Shown here in pieces: positions 25,601-38,608 of a stretch of DNA of 64,000 nucleotides. The first letter of the stretch is position 1; every line of letters begins with the position of its first letter. The notes under the pieces were generated by a model that worked only from the letters and a program-made list of their open reading frames with translations, searched no databases and was not told the origin of the DNA. Source of the DNA: Lingula anatina (taxonomy: Eukaryota > Animalia > Brachiopoda); assembly GCA_051362555.1 (NCBI GenBank), contig CM120640.1:47842788-47906787 (forward strand). Reading direction: 5' to 3'. The translations under genes were made by a program, and so were the position numbers.

Positions 25601-28600
25601 AAGTTCAGTTCATGGTGAAAAGTAGGTCAAAGGTCAATTTCAAGGTCATAGTAAGATTGCCAGTATATGACTTCCTATTCAACTTCAATAGTAACTATGG
25701 ACCTATCTCTGCCAGTTTTGGAGATATAAGGGACTAGATGTTATAATTTTGGAGTTACCATAATGTGCCTTAAATTTCGTACAGAAAAAATTAATTAAAA
25801 TAAAGAAAATGTCATTTTGGTCAAAATTCTTGAAATAGGAGGTGCTCTGAAGTTTCAGAAGTTCAAATTTGATGAAATAATGTCATTTTTGAACACAAGT
25901 TGTCTGCTTTGCCAAGCCTTATGTTTTATTTTTCCAGAGTTCAAAATTTATTATCCATTACCGTACTGCACATTTTGCTTTTACCACCAATATGTACTTT
26001 TTGATAGAGCGTAACTCGAAAACCGTATGGAATACAAAACAAGGCAGCAAAGCTGTCAAATGTACAGACAAAAAACAGGAAATAACTATGCACAAAATAG
26101 GCTACTGTCAATTCTGATGCAAAAGTACATTATGTTAAACTGCAAATTCAACATCAAATTTTAATTATGCTCAACAGGTAATACCAATGTAAGTAAAATG
26201 TGTAACAAGTTCACACTTTGAAAATGTATAACTTCCAGAAAAAGAAGCCAATTAGACTGCTTTTCCAACTCTGCATTTTAGTCCTGTATTTCTTTTTTTC
26301 TTTTTCTTTTTTGAAAGTTTGGCAATCATAAGTAACATGGTTTTCCCATAATGGTCATCATGGCAGCAGCACCCAAAATTGTGTTTTCTTCTATTCTGAT
26401 GCCATATTACATAATGGTTAACAGCATAATGACCGTTAATTTTTAATAATACAATATACGTATCATGGATTTTCAGAAAATGTGACTAGCATGGGTCTTC
26501 AAGCCCGTGGAACTTCAAAGTCACACCTTGAAAATATGTGAAAAATTAAATTTTTACAAAAAAAAAAAAACAAAAAAAAAACGTTTAACTGGCAGTAAGA
26601 ATTACCAAACAGACTGCATTGCCTACTGAAGCTGTATTTTAGTCCCATGTTTCTTTCCTGTAAGTTTGAGAACAGTAAGTGACATTTTTTTTTTAATGTT
26701 CATCAAGGGAGCAGTGCCCAAAATAGTTTTTTTTTTCCAAATTTTGATGCAATATTACATAATATTTAACAGCATAATGACCATCAATTTTAATAATAAA
26801 ATATCAGTATTATGGATATTCAGAAAATGTGACTAGCAAAGGTCTTCAGGCCCATGGAACTTCAAAGTCACAACTTGAAAATGCCAAAATGGAAACAAGA
26901 CAGCAATGTTCTGAAATTTTTTCCCAGTTTTAACAATTTCTAACATAAAACAAAATTAACAGTTTACTACAGTTTTTATATGATCAACTAAGAAAATTGA
27001 TGAGATGGGAAAAATATTAATAGAGCAGCGTTAAATGTCCAATTTCTTCCATTCTGAGATTCTGAACATAGTGAATGATTGAATCTGACAAACTGCAATG
27101 ATATGAGTTTATTTCCATTTTTTAAACTTTATTACACAATACATGATAACAAGTTTACCATCATTTTTACATAATCAAGTAATGATGTTGTAAAGATGCA
27201 GGAAATGCCAAACAAACACTTTTACGTATCTTATTAATTAAAAATTGAAACTGTTAACATGCCTAAAAATTTAATCTGAGGAAATGTGAAAAAACAGCAT
27301 AACTTTAAAATAATGGCCCGATTATGCTGATTTTTGAACTCAACCTGCGTTTTAGCAAAAATGACCACTCCTGTGAGTTTAATGACAATTGGCCTATCTG
27401 TTTTTCGTATATTGTGTTTACAGTGTTGCATATATGCTGAAAAATGAAAAAACAGCATAACTACCAAAGTAGTGGCCCTATCATGCCGATTTTCGAACTT
27501 GACCTGTGTTATAGTAAGATCGATTACTCCTGTGAGTTTCATGACAACAGGCCTATCGATTTTCCTTGAAATGTGTTTACAGTGTTGCATATATGCTGAA
27601 AAGTGAAAAAATAGCATAACTTCCTCAATAATGGCCTGATCATGCTGATTTTCGAACTTGACCTGCATTTTATGAATATTCATCAGCTCTGTAAATATAA
27701 AGCCAAAAAGTAAAACTGCCTTCCACTTATCGTGTTTACAAGGATAGTGCACGGCGCCGGCGACAGTGACGGCGACAGTGATGGCGACGACGACAGATGC
27801 AGGTGATGGCAATATGTACAGACACATCTGTACTTATTTACTGTACTGTTTGAGAACAGTAAGTGACATGGTTTTTCTTAAATGGTCATCATGGGAGCAG
27901 TGCCCAAAATAGATTTTTTCAGATTTTGATGCAATATTACATAATGTTTAACAGCATAATGACCATCAATTTTTAATAATAAAATATTAGTATCATGGAT
28001 ATTCAGAAAATGTGACTAGCAAAGGTCTTCAGGCCCATGGAACTTCAAAGTCACAACTTGAAAATGCCAAAATGTAAACAAAGACAGCACTGTTCTGAAA
28101 TGGTTTTTTTTTTTCATTTTTAACAATTTTTTTAACATAAAACAAAATAAACAGTTTACTGCCATTTACGATCAACTAAGAAAATTGATGAGATGGGAAA
28201 AATATCAACAGAGCAGTGTTAAATGTCCAATTTCTTCCATTCTGAGATTCTGAACATAGTAGATGATTGAATCTGACAAACTGCAATGATATGAGTTTAT
28301 TTCCATTTTTTAAACTTTATTACACAATACACGATAACAAGTTTACCATCATTTTTACATAATCAAGTAATGATGTTGTAAAGATGCAGGAAATGTCAAA
28401 CAAACACTTTTACGTATCTTATTAGTTTAATAATGAGACTGTTAACATGCCTAAGAATTGAATCTGAGGAAATGTGAAAAATATGCTGAAAAGTGAAAAA
28501 ACAGCATAACTTCTACAATAATGGCCCGATCATGCTGATTTTCGAACTTGACCTGCGTTTTATGAATATTCATCAGCTCTGTAAATATAAAGCCAAATAG

Positions 28601-31600
28601 TAAAACTGCCCTCCACTTATCGTGTTTACAAGGAAAGTGCACGGCGCCGGCATCGCCATCGGCATCGCCATCGGCATCGCCATCGGCATCGCCATCGGCG
28701 ACGACAGACGCAGGTGATGGCAATATGTACAGACACATCTGTGTCTGTACATAAAAACCGAGACCACCTTTACATGGGCTTTACATGCTCTACAAAATGC
28801 AAAAAAGAATGGGTCTCTAGCATTAACGGTTCCCGAATTAGAGACATTTTTCAGTTTCGGTATCTTATGGCCGCTACTCCCGTGAAAATGCACCGATTGA
28901 CCCCAAATTCATGGAGATGAAAGATGACCTGAAGGGTAACACTTTCCAATAATATTATTGGTTAAGTCTGTGTGGTGTCTGAATAACAGGGCAAAAAAAA
29001 TTTTTTCGTAAAAAATTTCATTTTTTTGAAAATTTTGGCCCATTTGACCTTGAAGTAGAGGTCAAAGGTCAAATCCAAGGGTATATTTGAAATCTACACA
29101 TATGACTTTTGGAAAGCCGTCTATAGAAATTTTTCCCATAACTCCTTCCGTAGGGTAGATAATTAGCATTTAATTTTGCCATTTTTAGACAAGGGTGCAT
29201 TGCAATGAGTGCCACACCCAGACCCCAAATACCGACAAAGCCCAAATTTTACGTGGAACGAGTTGAGATTATAGGTGACCTAAATCCATGAGATGGGTAC
29301 GGGGGCCCTTACCGTCTAGGAGGAGAAGCGGTAACGGTAGCCGTCCGGCGGAGCCGGCAGAGCCGGCGGAACGATCCGGACGGGACCGAAACCATGTGTA
29401 CCGCCAGCGCTAACGCTGGTGGTACAATAATACCTAAGCTCTTAAAATGCACCCACATCTGTATTTTGTTGGATACACATGCACAATCTGACACCTTTTT
29501 TATCTCACCTTCACCATTTTTCATTTCAACAATACAGAAGAGATTTGGGTCATCCGTTGTATCATTCTGCTCTAAAAATCTCCTCACAATATCCACAGAA
29601 GGAGCAGCTTCATGAACCCTCATAGCTACAGCAGCTGGAGCGCCTTGAAAAGTGGGCACAATAATTAGAGCAGCCATCACAGAATGCAAGTCAGAATTCT
29701 ATTTGAATCATTTAAAAATTATGCTAAAAACTGTGTACATTTCAGGTAAAAAAGAAAATAATTTAGTAAAACAGCACTGTAAGCAAAAGGAAAAATCAAA
29801 AATTTTAACTAAGTTTACTTAGATAAACCCTTCAAAGTTTTGTGAAATAAAAGACTGATTCACATTTTACAGTATCGTAACTTTTTTCATGATGAGTACC
29901 TGAGTTAGTTATGTCATGCCACAGTTGTATTACATCAAATTCTTTTTGTTTATGCCCAAACCTTAGAGGGGAGATGGCTTCCTTGAGCCACGAGAACCTG
30001 AAATAGAGGGGATGGGTGTTCAACAATAAGATATAATAGAAATTAGCTAATTCATTCTACAGTACATCAGTCATGTTAGTATTTGAGAGAAGTTACCTAC
30101 ATCTACTTTATGATCAAAACTGGATAAGAAACATGCAAATACATTCTCCTACATACCCTCCTTTCTTCCTTCTTTCTCCAGGCATCTTAGCAGTCTTTCT
30201 CTTAAATACTGATGGTGCCACTGTAGGAGCCAAAAATGTGACACTACTTTTTTTGTCCACAGCAGCGCCCTCTATCTGTTCTTCAGCCAAGTATGCCTCC
30301 TGTAAGTTGTCAAAGGAAAGACTTCTGGCACCTTGTTGGAGTTTCTGAAGTTTTGAGAGAACCATTTCTCTGTCAACTGAACTCCGAATGCTCAGTGTTT
30401 CTGAAAATAAAAATCCAATTATATTCCATTAAAATATATTGCTGTTACTTTAGCTGCAGTAGACAGGGAATATCTTAAGACTACACGCATTGAATCTGAG
30501 TGATTTTGATTCATATACTGATACCAATACTAAATCTGGAAATACCAAGGGGAGCCATTCTTATGACAGCCACATGGTTATAGCTAAATTGCTACAAAAA
30601 CAGGAAAATATATATATTGCAAAAGGCCTTTAAAAAAGAAATGTATGAGTTTAAAAATCAGAATCATCTATGTTTAAATCTATTTACCCAAATAATCTGC
30701 ATTAATTTCAGTAATTTCCTTGCCTGTGATATTCTTTGCTGAAAAATATACAGTAAAAACTCTATCATTATAATAAGGTTACTTGTTCTTATATTAGTGC
30801 TTTAAAAGAGGAAAAATACACAAACCATTGCTATAAACACCAACAAGAAATAAATACTATTAAATAGATTTTCACTTTTTGCACCCTACACAAACATTTT
30901 GTCTTTAAGTCTCATAAAAATAAATAATAAGAAGACAAACAATATAATTTTGTGAGTATAAAATGAATTCATATCTATAGGCACTCAAAACTATCATTTA
31001 TGTACTGACACAAGAAAATATCACAAGAAATATACACATATGCACAATTATTCTATTGCTGAAGGATGTTTCACTTCTGCTTGGCAGGCAATAATAACTG
31101 AGCCACTGCTTCTGGGTGCTTTCAAATGGCGGAATTCAGGAGGACAGATAATTTGCCATTATAAGTGTACTAGTATTACCTTTGAATACAGCCCTGAACT
31201 TCTGCAATCCCACACTGTCCATCCACTTCAGTACGTCTCCATTAGTCCACAATGGAAGCGGGGCTAGTAGTTTAGCATCAGAAGTGAGAACATCACCTGC
31301 ATAATAATGAAATATATATATATATATAAAGAAAGTTTCAACAGCATGAATAATATGACATGTAATATATTATGCATACATAAATCAAAATATCCATTTT
31401 GAATTATACCGAATATTAATATTGAAGATGAGTCAATAAACTGTCAACATAATGAAGCTTGTTGAAGATGAACTTTAGATTATTATTTTTCGTCCATATG
31501 TGAAACATACTTTAAAAATTGTATTTTAATGATATATTTTAACAACAAAAGCAAGCAAAATTAACAGTCATCAATTAATTCTCCAATTGAAGCTGATCCT

Positions 31601-34600
31601 TTTTCACAAAACTACATGAAACACACTGATTATAAAAGTTTCTTAAAATTAACTATTATATTCTCACCAGCACTCTTCCTTCTCTGTTCTCTTGCTCGTC
31701 TTTCATTCTCAAAACTCAGGTTTTCTGCTGAATTGGAACGCTTTCGCCCTAAAACTACCCGTCTGCCAGCACCAAAGAGAGGCATTTTGCTTCCACTGTT
31801 GCCTTCTAGATTTTTTTTCGTAGTTGGTTGTGACTTTTGGGCATCACTGAGCAACAAATTCTCATTCAAACTGAACTGCCATTTGTTTTTCCCCTAATAA
31901 AATATTATTTACAATGTCTAATGAAACAAAATGTTTAATTAGAAAAATTAGAAATGGTCATTCCATTTCAGTTGCACATAAACATCTTTCCCATTGCTTG
32001 AGTTATCTTAAAACACTGAACTAAGAAATTAATGGAAAAGTTATTTTAGTGGGGGAAACAGAGTCAAACATGCTGTTATATATCATAATTGTTGTGAGTG
32101 AAGAGGACATATGGGGAACAGTCGCTGTAATAAAACCCCTATACTCACTTCTGTAGTCCCCCAGGAATTGTTAGGATGTTCCTCCACCAATTTTTGAATG
32201 GCATGCAAAAATTTCTGTCCTAACGTAGGATCACTAACACCTAACTCAACTAGAATGCACCCAAAGGAAACAATACAACAAAAAATTTTAAAAGAATTAG
32301 TTATCAGAGAGTTAACATACATATTCTTCCTCCCAGTCAATTTACAACATTTTCATGTCATAGAATTCAAGCTGGCATCAATATGTTTACCTTATAGCAG
32401 TACAAGTAGTATTTTAAGCACCTCAGGTGAGGATTCATTCACCAGTGAGTGTTATTCATGACATGCTGATTTAAACTACTGTACAACATAAATCAAGTAC
32501 AATGCACACAACGATGTACTCTGACATGCAGTAATTTGAGGTTTACAAAATTTACCATGTGAGTGAAATCTGAGACAAAGAGATTGCATACACTTGGTTA
32601 ATACATGTACCGTCTATTAGTGTTAAGCTACAAACCACAGATTGGAGACACTTGTTTGTTTTATGCCATGAAAAATCAAATTAATTATATATTGGCTAAA
32701 AATCATCTTCTGTCTACTTTTTGCTCTTGTTAATTTAGTTGATTGCCTTTTGACAAAAGATGACATGCATAAGAAAAATATTTGAATTACCATACAATAT
32801 ATATTTTACTACACTGATTTTCAAAACAGTTCTCCATGAGAATTAAGGCTGGCCAATAATATTTGTCATAAAGAAGTGATATTTCAAATATATGTAGGGT
32901 GATACACAGGCAAATCTAGGGGTTACAACAGAAATATTACTCCCTCCTTTTTTGTAGCCTGGAATCCTTTCACTTTTTCAGAGAAGTCATATCTTGATTA
33001 TTGATAATTTAACTCTAGAAATCTGAGGTGCAGAAATCTAATTGTTCACAAATGTTTCCATTTCTGTGGGATATAATGCTTTAACAAAAAATTAATTGAA
33101 GGAAAGTATATGTTAATTTGCATTATTAAGTAACTGCCCGGCCCTAAGAAAAATGCAGTCCAATTTTCCCCCAACAAACTCACCTAAGTCTTCTATGGTA
33201 ATCTGTATGAGGATCTTGCCATCAACACCACAGCCTAGGAAAAAGAATGGCAAGTTTGTGCTTACTTATCAAATCCAGTGCTACTTTTCTGTCTGCTTCC
33301 GTGAAAGGTTGACTTCCTACTCCAAGTGACTTAGTCTCAACCAAATACAACTGAGGCTATTAACATACTGATTAATTTTAAAAACCAGATAATAGTGTCG
33401 CCTAACCCAATCAAAACACTTTCCATAAAACTAAATTAAATGAAAAATAATCACAATAACCTGTAATATTTTGACAGATTTTGTACTTAATAAACACAAA
33501 TATAAAGCTGTTTAATCTTAAGTTGGTAACAACTAGCACCCAGATGTGAGCTGTTCTTGAACCTCAAATTACTTTCATTTCTCATTTCCAAGCAACTCGG
33601 CTCCTTGTCTGTGGGAAGAGAACAGAGGGTATGGATTTGATACCAATGTTAAGTGCAATAAAACTCACTGTGCTGTACACTTAATAAGGAATAACTTGTG
33701 AGCTGAATGCCAAATTTATCATACAGAAGCCATAAATAACTAATTAGCCTGGCAACTGAAGGTATGTATCTATTCATGGTTTTAACACAGCTGAATTTAA
33801 CTTTCAGTACATGTAAACATAAGGAAATATATATATATATATATATTTATGTATAAACTACTTTACCATTCCTACTACAATTTTATAAACATATATTCAA
33901 GTCTTTGAAAGAACAAGTTTTGTGGAGTACTTGTAAAACATAAATTCAACATATATCAAATTTTCATAACATCATTTGTCCTTTTTTCAAACTAATGGTT
34001 TTCTAACTTGCATCAGTAAAATATTGATCTTAGGTATTATCTTTTCCAAATCCATTGCCAATTTTAACAAAGAATTGTGAAAAAGGTTGTTTTTGCTCCT
34101 CTCAAATTTCAATCCCATACAATAGCCTTCTGTAATTTTGATGTTTTCTTATTCAAATTATTTAGCTTTGTGAGATATTATATCTTATAAAGCTTATCAA
34201 ATCCTCAAATACTACACTTCTGAAATAAATACTTAAAACAAACATCTCTAGCACTGTTGTGTATGTATCTATAGGCATTTTGAAAACTTTTGTCAGAGGT
34301 CATGATTCCAATTGTTAGTCTCTTTCTCGAAAATCATTCAACTCACTGGTAAGGATGAAATAAGCACTAGCAGGTCTCTGTGCATGCATTCTTAAGTAAA
34401 GGTCTGCATGTGTGTGTGGGCCTGCATGCATGGCAATACTTAAACCTATATACTTTTGGCATCAATGACACCACTCGACAGAGAAGACGTGGAGAGCAGA
34501 CTGCACAAAAGTTACCTTAGGCTTCCATTAAGCTTTACGTCCATCTTGATAATGAAAGGGAGTGTTATAATTCACCTCCCACTTAAAATTGTTCAAATGT

Positions 34601-35756
34601 GTTGTCAAATGATTTGTGTACACTTTATAATACCTGTAGAAATCAAGAACAGCCACTGGCCAAAAAAAAAAAGATTCCACACACTTTCTACCTCTCTTTC
34701 TACATTGTACATAATTAGTAAACCAATAACTCAAGACAGATAAATCAGCTCAAGATTTATCTGTCTTAAGCTAATCTTAAGACAGATAAATCTCTGAAAA
34801 AGAAAAGATTTTTAAAAAAATCAGTACCCAGTTTATAAAATCTCACCTTCAAATAACTGTGTAAACTGTGAAAACTCAGAAGCTGAGCACCACTGTGTGA
34901 CATCAGTGAAAGTCCATGCATGCACTGGTTTCACCTCCCAAGAATCTAAAACTGGCTGGTCAGTTCTGGCGTTGGTCAAAAGACCAGGAAAAGGATGGCC
35001 ATTGTCCATCGTCAAGGTTTGACTATCAGGAACATGTATATGACTGTGGGTTGGAGTTATAGGAGAAGAAATCATCTGCTTTGTACCAACATAATGGCCT
35101 TCATGGGCCTGTCTACAAGTGGGATGTTGACCATGGGACCCGTATGGCACATGTCGGGGCAAGTGCTTGCCATTGTGCTCCACATATGCAGAGACTGGTA
35201 GGTCATTTTGAAGTTGCCTGGCTTTAGTATCCAGTTGTACACCCTGACATTGTTTACAACTCATTTCACTATCATCTGCATTGATATCTTTTATTTCCTG
35301 ATCTGGTGTGACCCTTTCTTTAAGAAAATTAACACTGTGACCATGCTTATGTTTATGTGCATCTTTAAGAATTCTGACATCATTAAATGGTCCACTGTCA
35401 AACAATTTAACATTATTACCATGATGCTGTGGACTTGCAAAAGTGTTTTTAGACAAAACATTCCTTGTTCTTGGTGAAACAGTTTGTGGAATGGCATCAT
35501 CTATGTCCAAATTTAGATGATATTGACCATAAACTGAAGAGGCTCTAGGAGATTGAGGAACACCATTTCTACCAGTATGTAGATCAGAAAAGAAGGCGAC
35601 CTCATTGTCAAAGGAGTCCAGAGTTTCTGACATCTTTGATGTAGAAGCTGATCCTAGCTCTTTCATGCTGGCACTGTTATCATTGGTGTTGCTTTGTTTC
35701 CTAGCTTCTGCCACAGCCGGATGAGGAGCCTTCCTCTTTTTGATACCTGACAGCAT
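20412..35756 (-). CDS. Uncharacterised signalling scaffold: 2 SAM + 2 Ras-association (RA) domains + coiled coil + degenerate PDZ-like segment
   Basis: In-frame GT-AG exons 35756-34847, 33234-33184, 32249-32149, 31893-31668, 31296-31180, 30738-30688, 30400-30157, 29997-29900, 29643-29509, 24471-24365, 24210-24048, 23490-23358, 23072-23012, 22795-22712, 22518-22420, 21705-21598, 21395-21226, 20989-20777 and 20538-20412. SAM motifs: WTFTDVTQW...GVDGKIL...LVELGV and WTNGDVLKWMDSVGL...ITGKEI. RA-like: DDPNLFCIVE...LGRYECPL and KTINVSNMSTCAEVL.VALNKY. PDZ-like: GSLEEGDIILEIGG. Confidence 0.85.
21855..22192. repeat. Diverged tandem dimer (~180-bp unit) in an intron
   Basis: Blocks GGGATAGATT(G/A)AATCTCA, CAG(T/C)(G/A)GTACTGA(T/C)CACAATGTT and CACATG(A/G)CA(G/A)GTC(A/T)GAC each occur twice, about 180 bp apart. 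Confidence 0.65.
22580..22636. repeat. (GA)n(GT)n microsatellite
   Basis: Directly visible. Confidence 0.9.
24675..25745. repeat. 146-bp tandem array (~7 monomers), inverted relative to 30-1745
   Basis: Reverse complement of the left-edge array. The near-identical pseudo-ORFs at 24882 and 25320 are 438 bp apart. Confidence 0.97.
26037..28757 (-). mobile_element. HINE family 2 element nested in HINE family 1, with an internal tandem duplication
   Basis: 5' end: TTTTT-ATGTACAGACAC-AGAT-GTGTCTGTACAT (28725-28757), then a GC microsatellite and ~159-bp core repeats. 3' end: subTIR TGTCTGTACAT (26060-26070), stem-loop GACAGC-TTT-GCTGCC and TTGTTT. The blocks 26610-27830 and 27845-28740 are duplicates. 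Confidence 0.75.
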
Positions 35757-38608
35757 TTTCTATCTGTAGTAATGTAAAAATGAAAATCTAATGTAAATCT
35801 TTACTTTTCTTGAAAACTCACGATTTTTTAGTTTTGTATTTTTATTCTTTCATTATTCATTCATTCTTTATATAGTGACAAAATCTTATCTTCATGAATA
35901 TTTTACAAAACAAACTTCAGGAACATTTGAAAGTACCGTATATCGCGTAATGACAGCTGAGATCATTTCTACGGTATTTAAACAAACTAATTTATGCATG
36001 CACACGTGCAGAGACATTTATCAAAGTTACTTTATTACTGAATTTTGAAAACCATTGAAAACCAAAGGTTTACTCTACTTGTGCTTGTACTAGTATGTAC
36101 ATGTATACTAAGTTTAGCTAGTATAAGATTGGGGGCATACTCTTCATGTACCTAAATGTTAATGCACTTAGTACACTGTAGTCGGCTTTGCTTCAGTATA
36201 ACGCCTGCTTGCCGATGCGATAATTACGTTACATATAATTAATTAATTAATAATTACGTTACAGGCCGAAATTTGAAATAAAGAAACTGCTAGGCACACT
36301 GGAAAATGGAATGCTGCTTGCATTGTTCACTATTTAGTTCAAGTCATTTAAGTTACTTACAAAAGTTTGACACATCAAGCTATGCTATTTTCAGTGGATA
36401 TCCCTTAGCCCTGCTTCTAGTTAATATAAGGTGACAAATGCCCTGTTGTGCAAAATGCTGGCATAATCTGTTGGTAAGTAATTCGAGTAGCATCATCCAA
36501 AAATCAAAACAATCTCGTGTGTACATGCGTAAGGACTAACGCACGTAAAAAGTTTTCATATCTTTTTAATGCTACAGTAGTGAATTACTCAGTACGCACA
36601 ATGGCACAAACGGCTGTGCATGTAGTATAGCAGCAGGCACCGCACCTCTCATTCCCTGACTTATGGTTTACAGTAACAAATAAGTGACTTTGACACATGA
36701 CAACGAAGTATATGGTTGAATTTTCGGGAAGGTTACTAGGGTACAGAGACATTTTGATCTGTTAAAAGCATGTGTGCTGTACTGTAGCCTAATCAACCGA
36801 CTGGTAGGCCTACAGTGTAGGCCTTTATTTAATTCAGGGCATAGGCCTACAACCTGCTACCTTACCCACATCCCAACTAAAACACGTTTAATGGCCTAAA
36901 TTAATCTAAATGGCTTTCCCCAGTTTCCTTTGTGTGAAATAATTATATAGACATTAGTGCACTGAATTTACACACAAGGCAAAAATTGTCTTTTTCGTTG
37001 TTTCATTCACCACCCAACGCATATCGTTAATCTGCTTTGCAAATTGGTGTAAGTTAATGATTTCGGTTTACGATATCACTCGATCTGGACCTTAGGAGCA
37101 TATTGTCGCAAAAATCGTCATCTTTGACAGTAAGGGTGTGAACTACAATCTGGTGCCCATGTTTACTTATTTATTTATGAAATATGACCCCCTAACTTCG
37201 TTGTTCCATCGAAAAAAAGCGTTTTAGCCCTATTGGCATCTTTACTGGAAAATCAGAAGAAAGCCTTGAAAAATATAGGCCTACCTTTGCATGAGACTGT
37301 ACTAAATAGTTATTGGTGTGTTTACAAAAGCGGTGTTCACAGTGTGCAGATGAAGGAGATCAGTTTGAAATCCAAAATACAATTTTCACATCAGAAATCG
37401 ATAGTAGATCCTTACTTACAGGCCTAACAGTCTGTTGCACAGCCTTGCGAATGTACCTTGCTGGTTGCATTCAGCAAGATGTCATGTGGAGTTCGATCGA
37501 TTCTACGTAGAATTTAAGCTTCACTGCGAATAAGCCCTACGAAGATAGTCCCATCGCAGAGATTTTCACTCTCATTAGTATAGATGCAATGTTAACCCCA
37601 CCTTCCTTCTAATCTCGCATGCAATGTCGACACCCTGAGCTGAATTCCACTGCGGGAGTTTCATTTGAAAAGGACGGATATGAGCCGATATAACACTTTT
37701 TAAAATTAGACCCCATGTTTTAGCTCCGATTTCTCTAAAAACGAGGCATTGTGTTTTATAATTGGTATTTGATTAAGGAAAATCAGAAGGCTGGCACGAA
37801 AACGGCTTACTTCGATCACAATATTGGTGTAGATGGCCTGACAGTTCTTAGACAATTAAATAAGATTCAGGAGTCGAGTACTTTTTATATTTATAAACAT
37901 TTAATGTCATCTGTTAGGTAAAAAATTCATACAAAAATCATATAAAATTTTACTTTGCTTCTTAATGATATCTATTACTGTCTACATCAGGTACCTCGCG
38001 CTAGTGCACAATGAAACAGATTGTATACAAAACGTATTTATGATGTGCATTTTAACAGTCCTGTTACTGTTTGCTTCACAAGTTCCTTTAACTAAATTGC
38101 AAATTACAGTAAGCAATGCACGAACTTCTATGATTATGTACAACTGGTAAATCTTGTCCGTTATAGCTCTTTCATTTCCTGGCTGGACCGCTTTTGTCCT
38201 CTAGTCTGTTGAAAAGAAAATAAATACGAAAGTTAATTACAAAACAGAATGACATAAAAAAATAATGCAGATAGTGTTTCTTCTTCAAAAAGAGAAAGAT
38301 CCACATTAAATAGTAATATTCGGAGGGTTGATAAAGTAAAACGTAGGAATTGTTCATTTCCGATTTGGTTCTTGAATCGTTGACTTATTTTGAATTTGGT
38401 GAACTTATCATAAGTGGTGTCTTCTAATAAAAAATATACAGTTATTTTTCATCGAGTAACCGGATCTTCTTTCCCCTGCAAATGTGACCAAATTTTACCC
38501 ATGTGTCCGTCATCTCAAGCTGCAGCCGCTACAAACTAGTCTAAATGCGATCCTTAATTAATAGAAACCATTAATTAATATAAACATCAGAAATTAAAAG
38601 TTACGTAC

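Larger units (their letters stand above)
24602..29430 (-). mobile_element. Full-length HINE family 1 copy (Helentron-type), interrupted by a nested HINE
   Basis: 5' end: TTATTGTACCACCAGCG plus its inverted copy (29397-29430), followed by a GC-rich microsatellite-like tract. 3' end: matching subTIR at 24637-24651, hairpin at 24617-24632 and CTAG-TT at 24602-24607. It holds a 146-bp array at 24675-25745 and a divergent core copy near 29040-29120. Confidence 0.8.

Noticed and set aside
24882-25625. Repeated 101-aa ORFs (and 1311-1523)
   Set aside because: They are translations of the satellite, start at arbitrary points and have no splice support.
27234-28893. 197-aa and 95-106-aa ORFs with VAVT/DGDA/MAMP repeats
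   Set aside because: They derive from HINE-2 microsatellite and core repeats, and the peptide differs between copies.
33530-33570. Helentron-like 3' end (imperfect hairpin + CTAGTT on the minus strand)
   Set aside because: No matching subTIR or 5' end was found.
34730-34795. Short palindromic AGACAGATAAATC cluster
   Set aside because: It is probably a collapsed MITE remnant and too short to classify.
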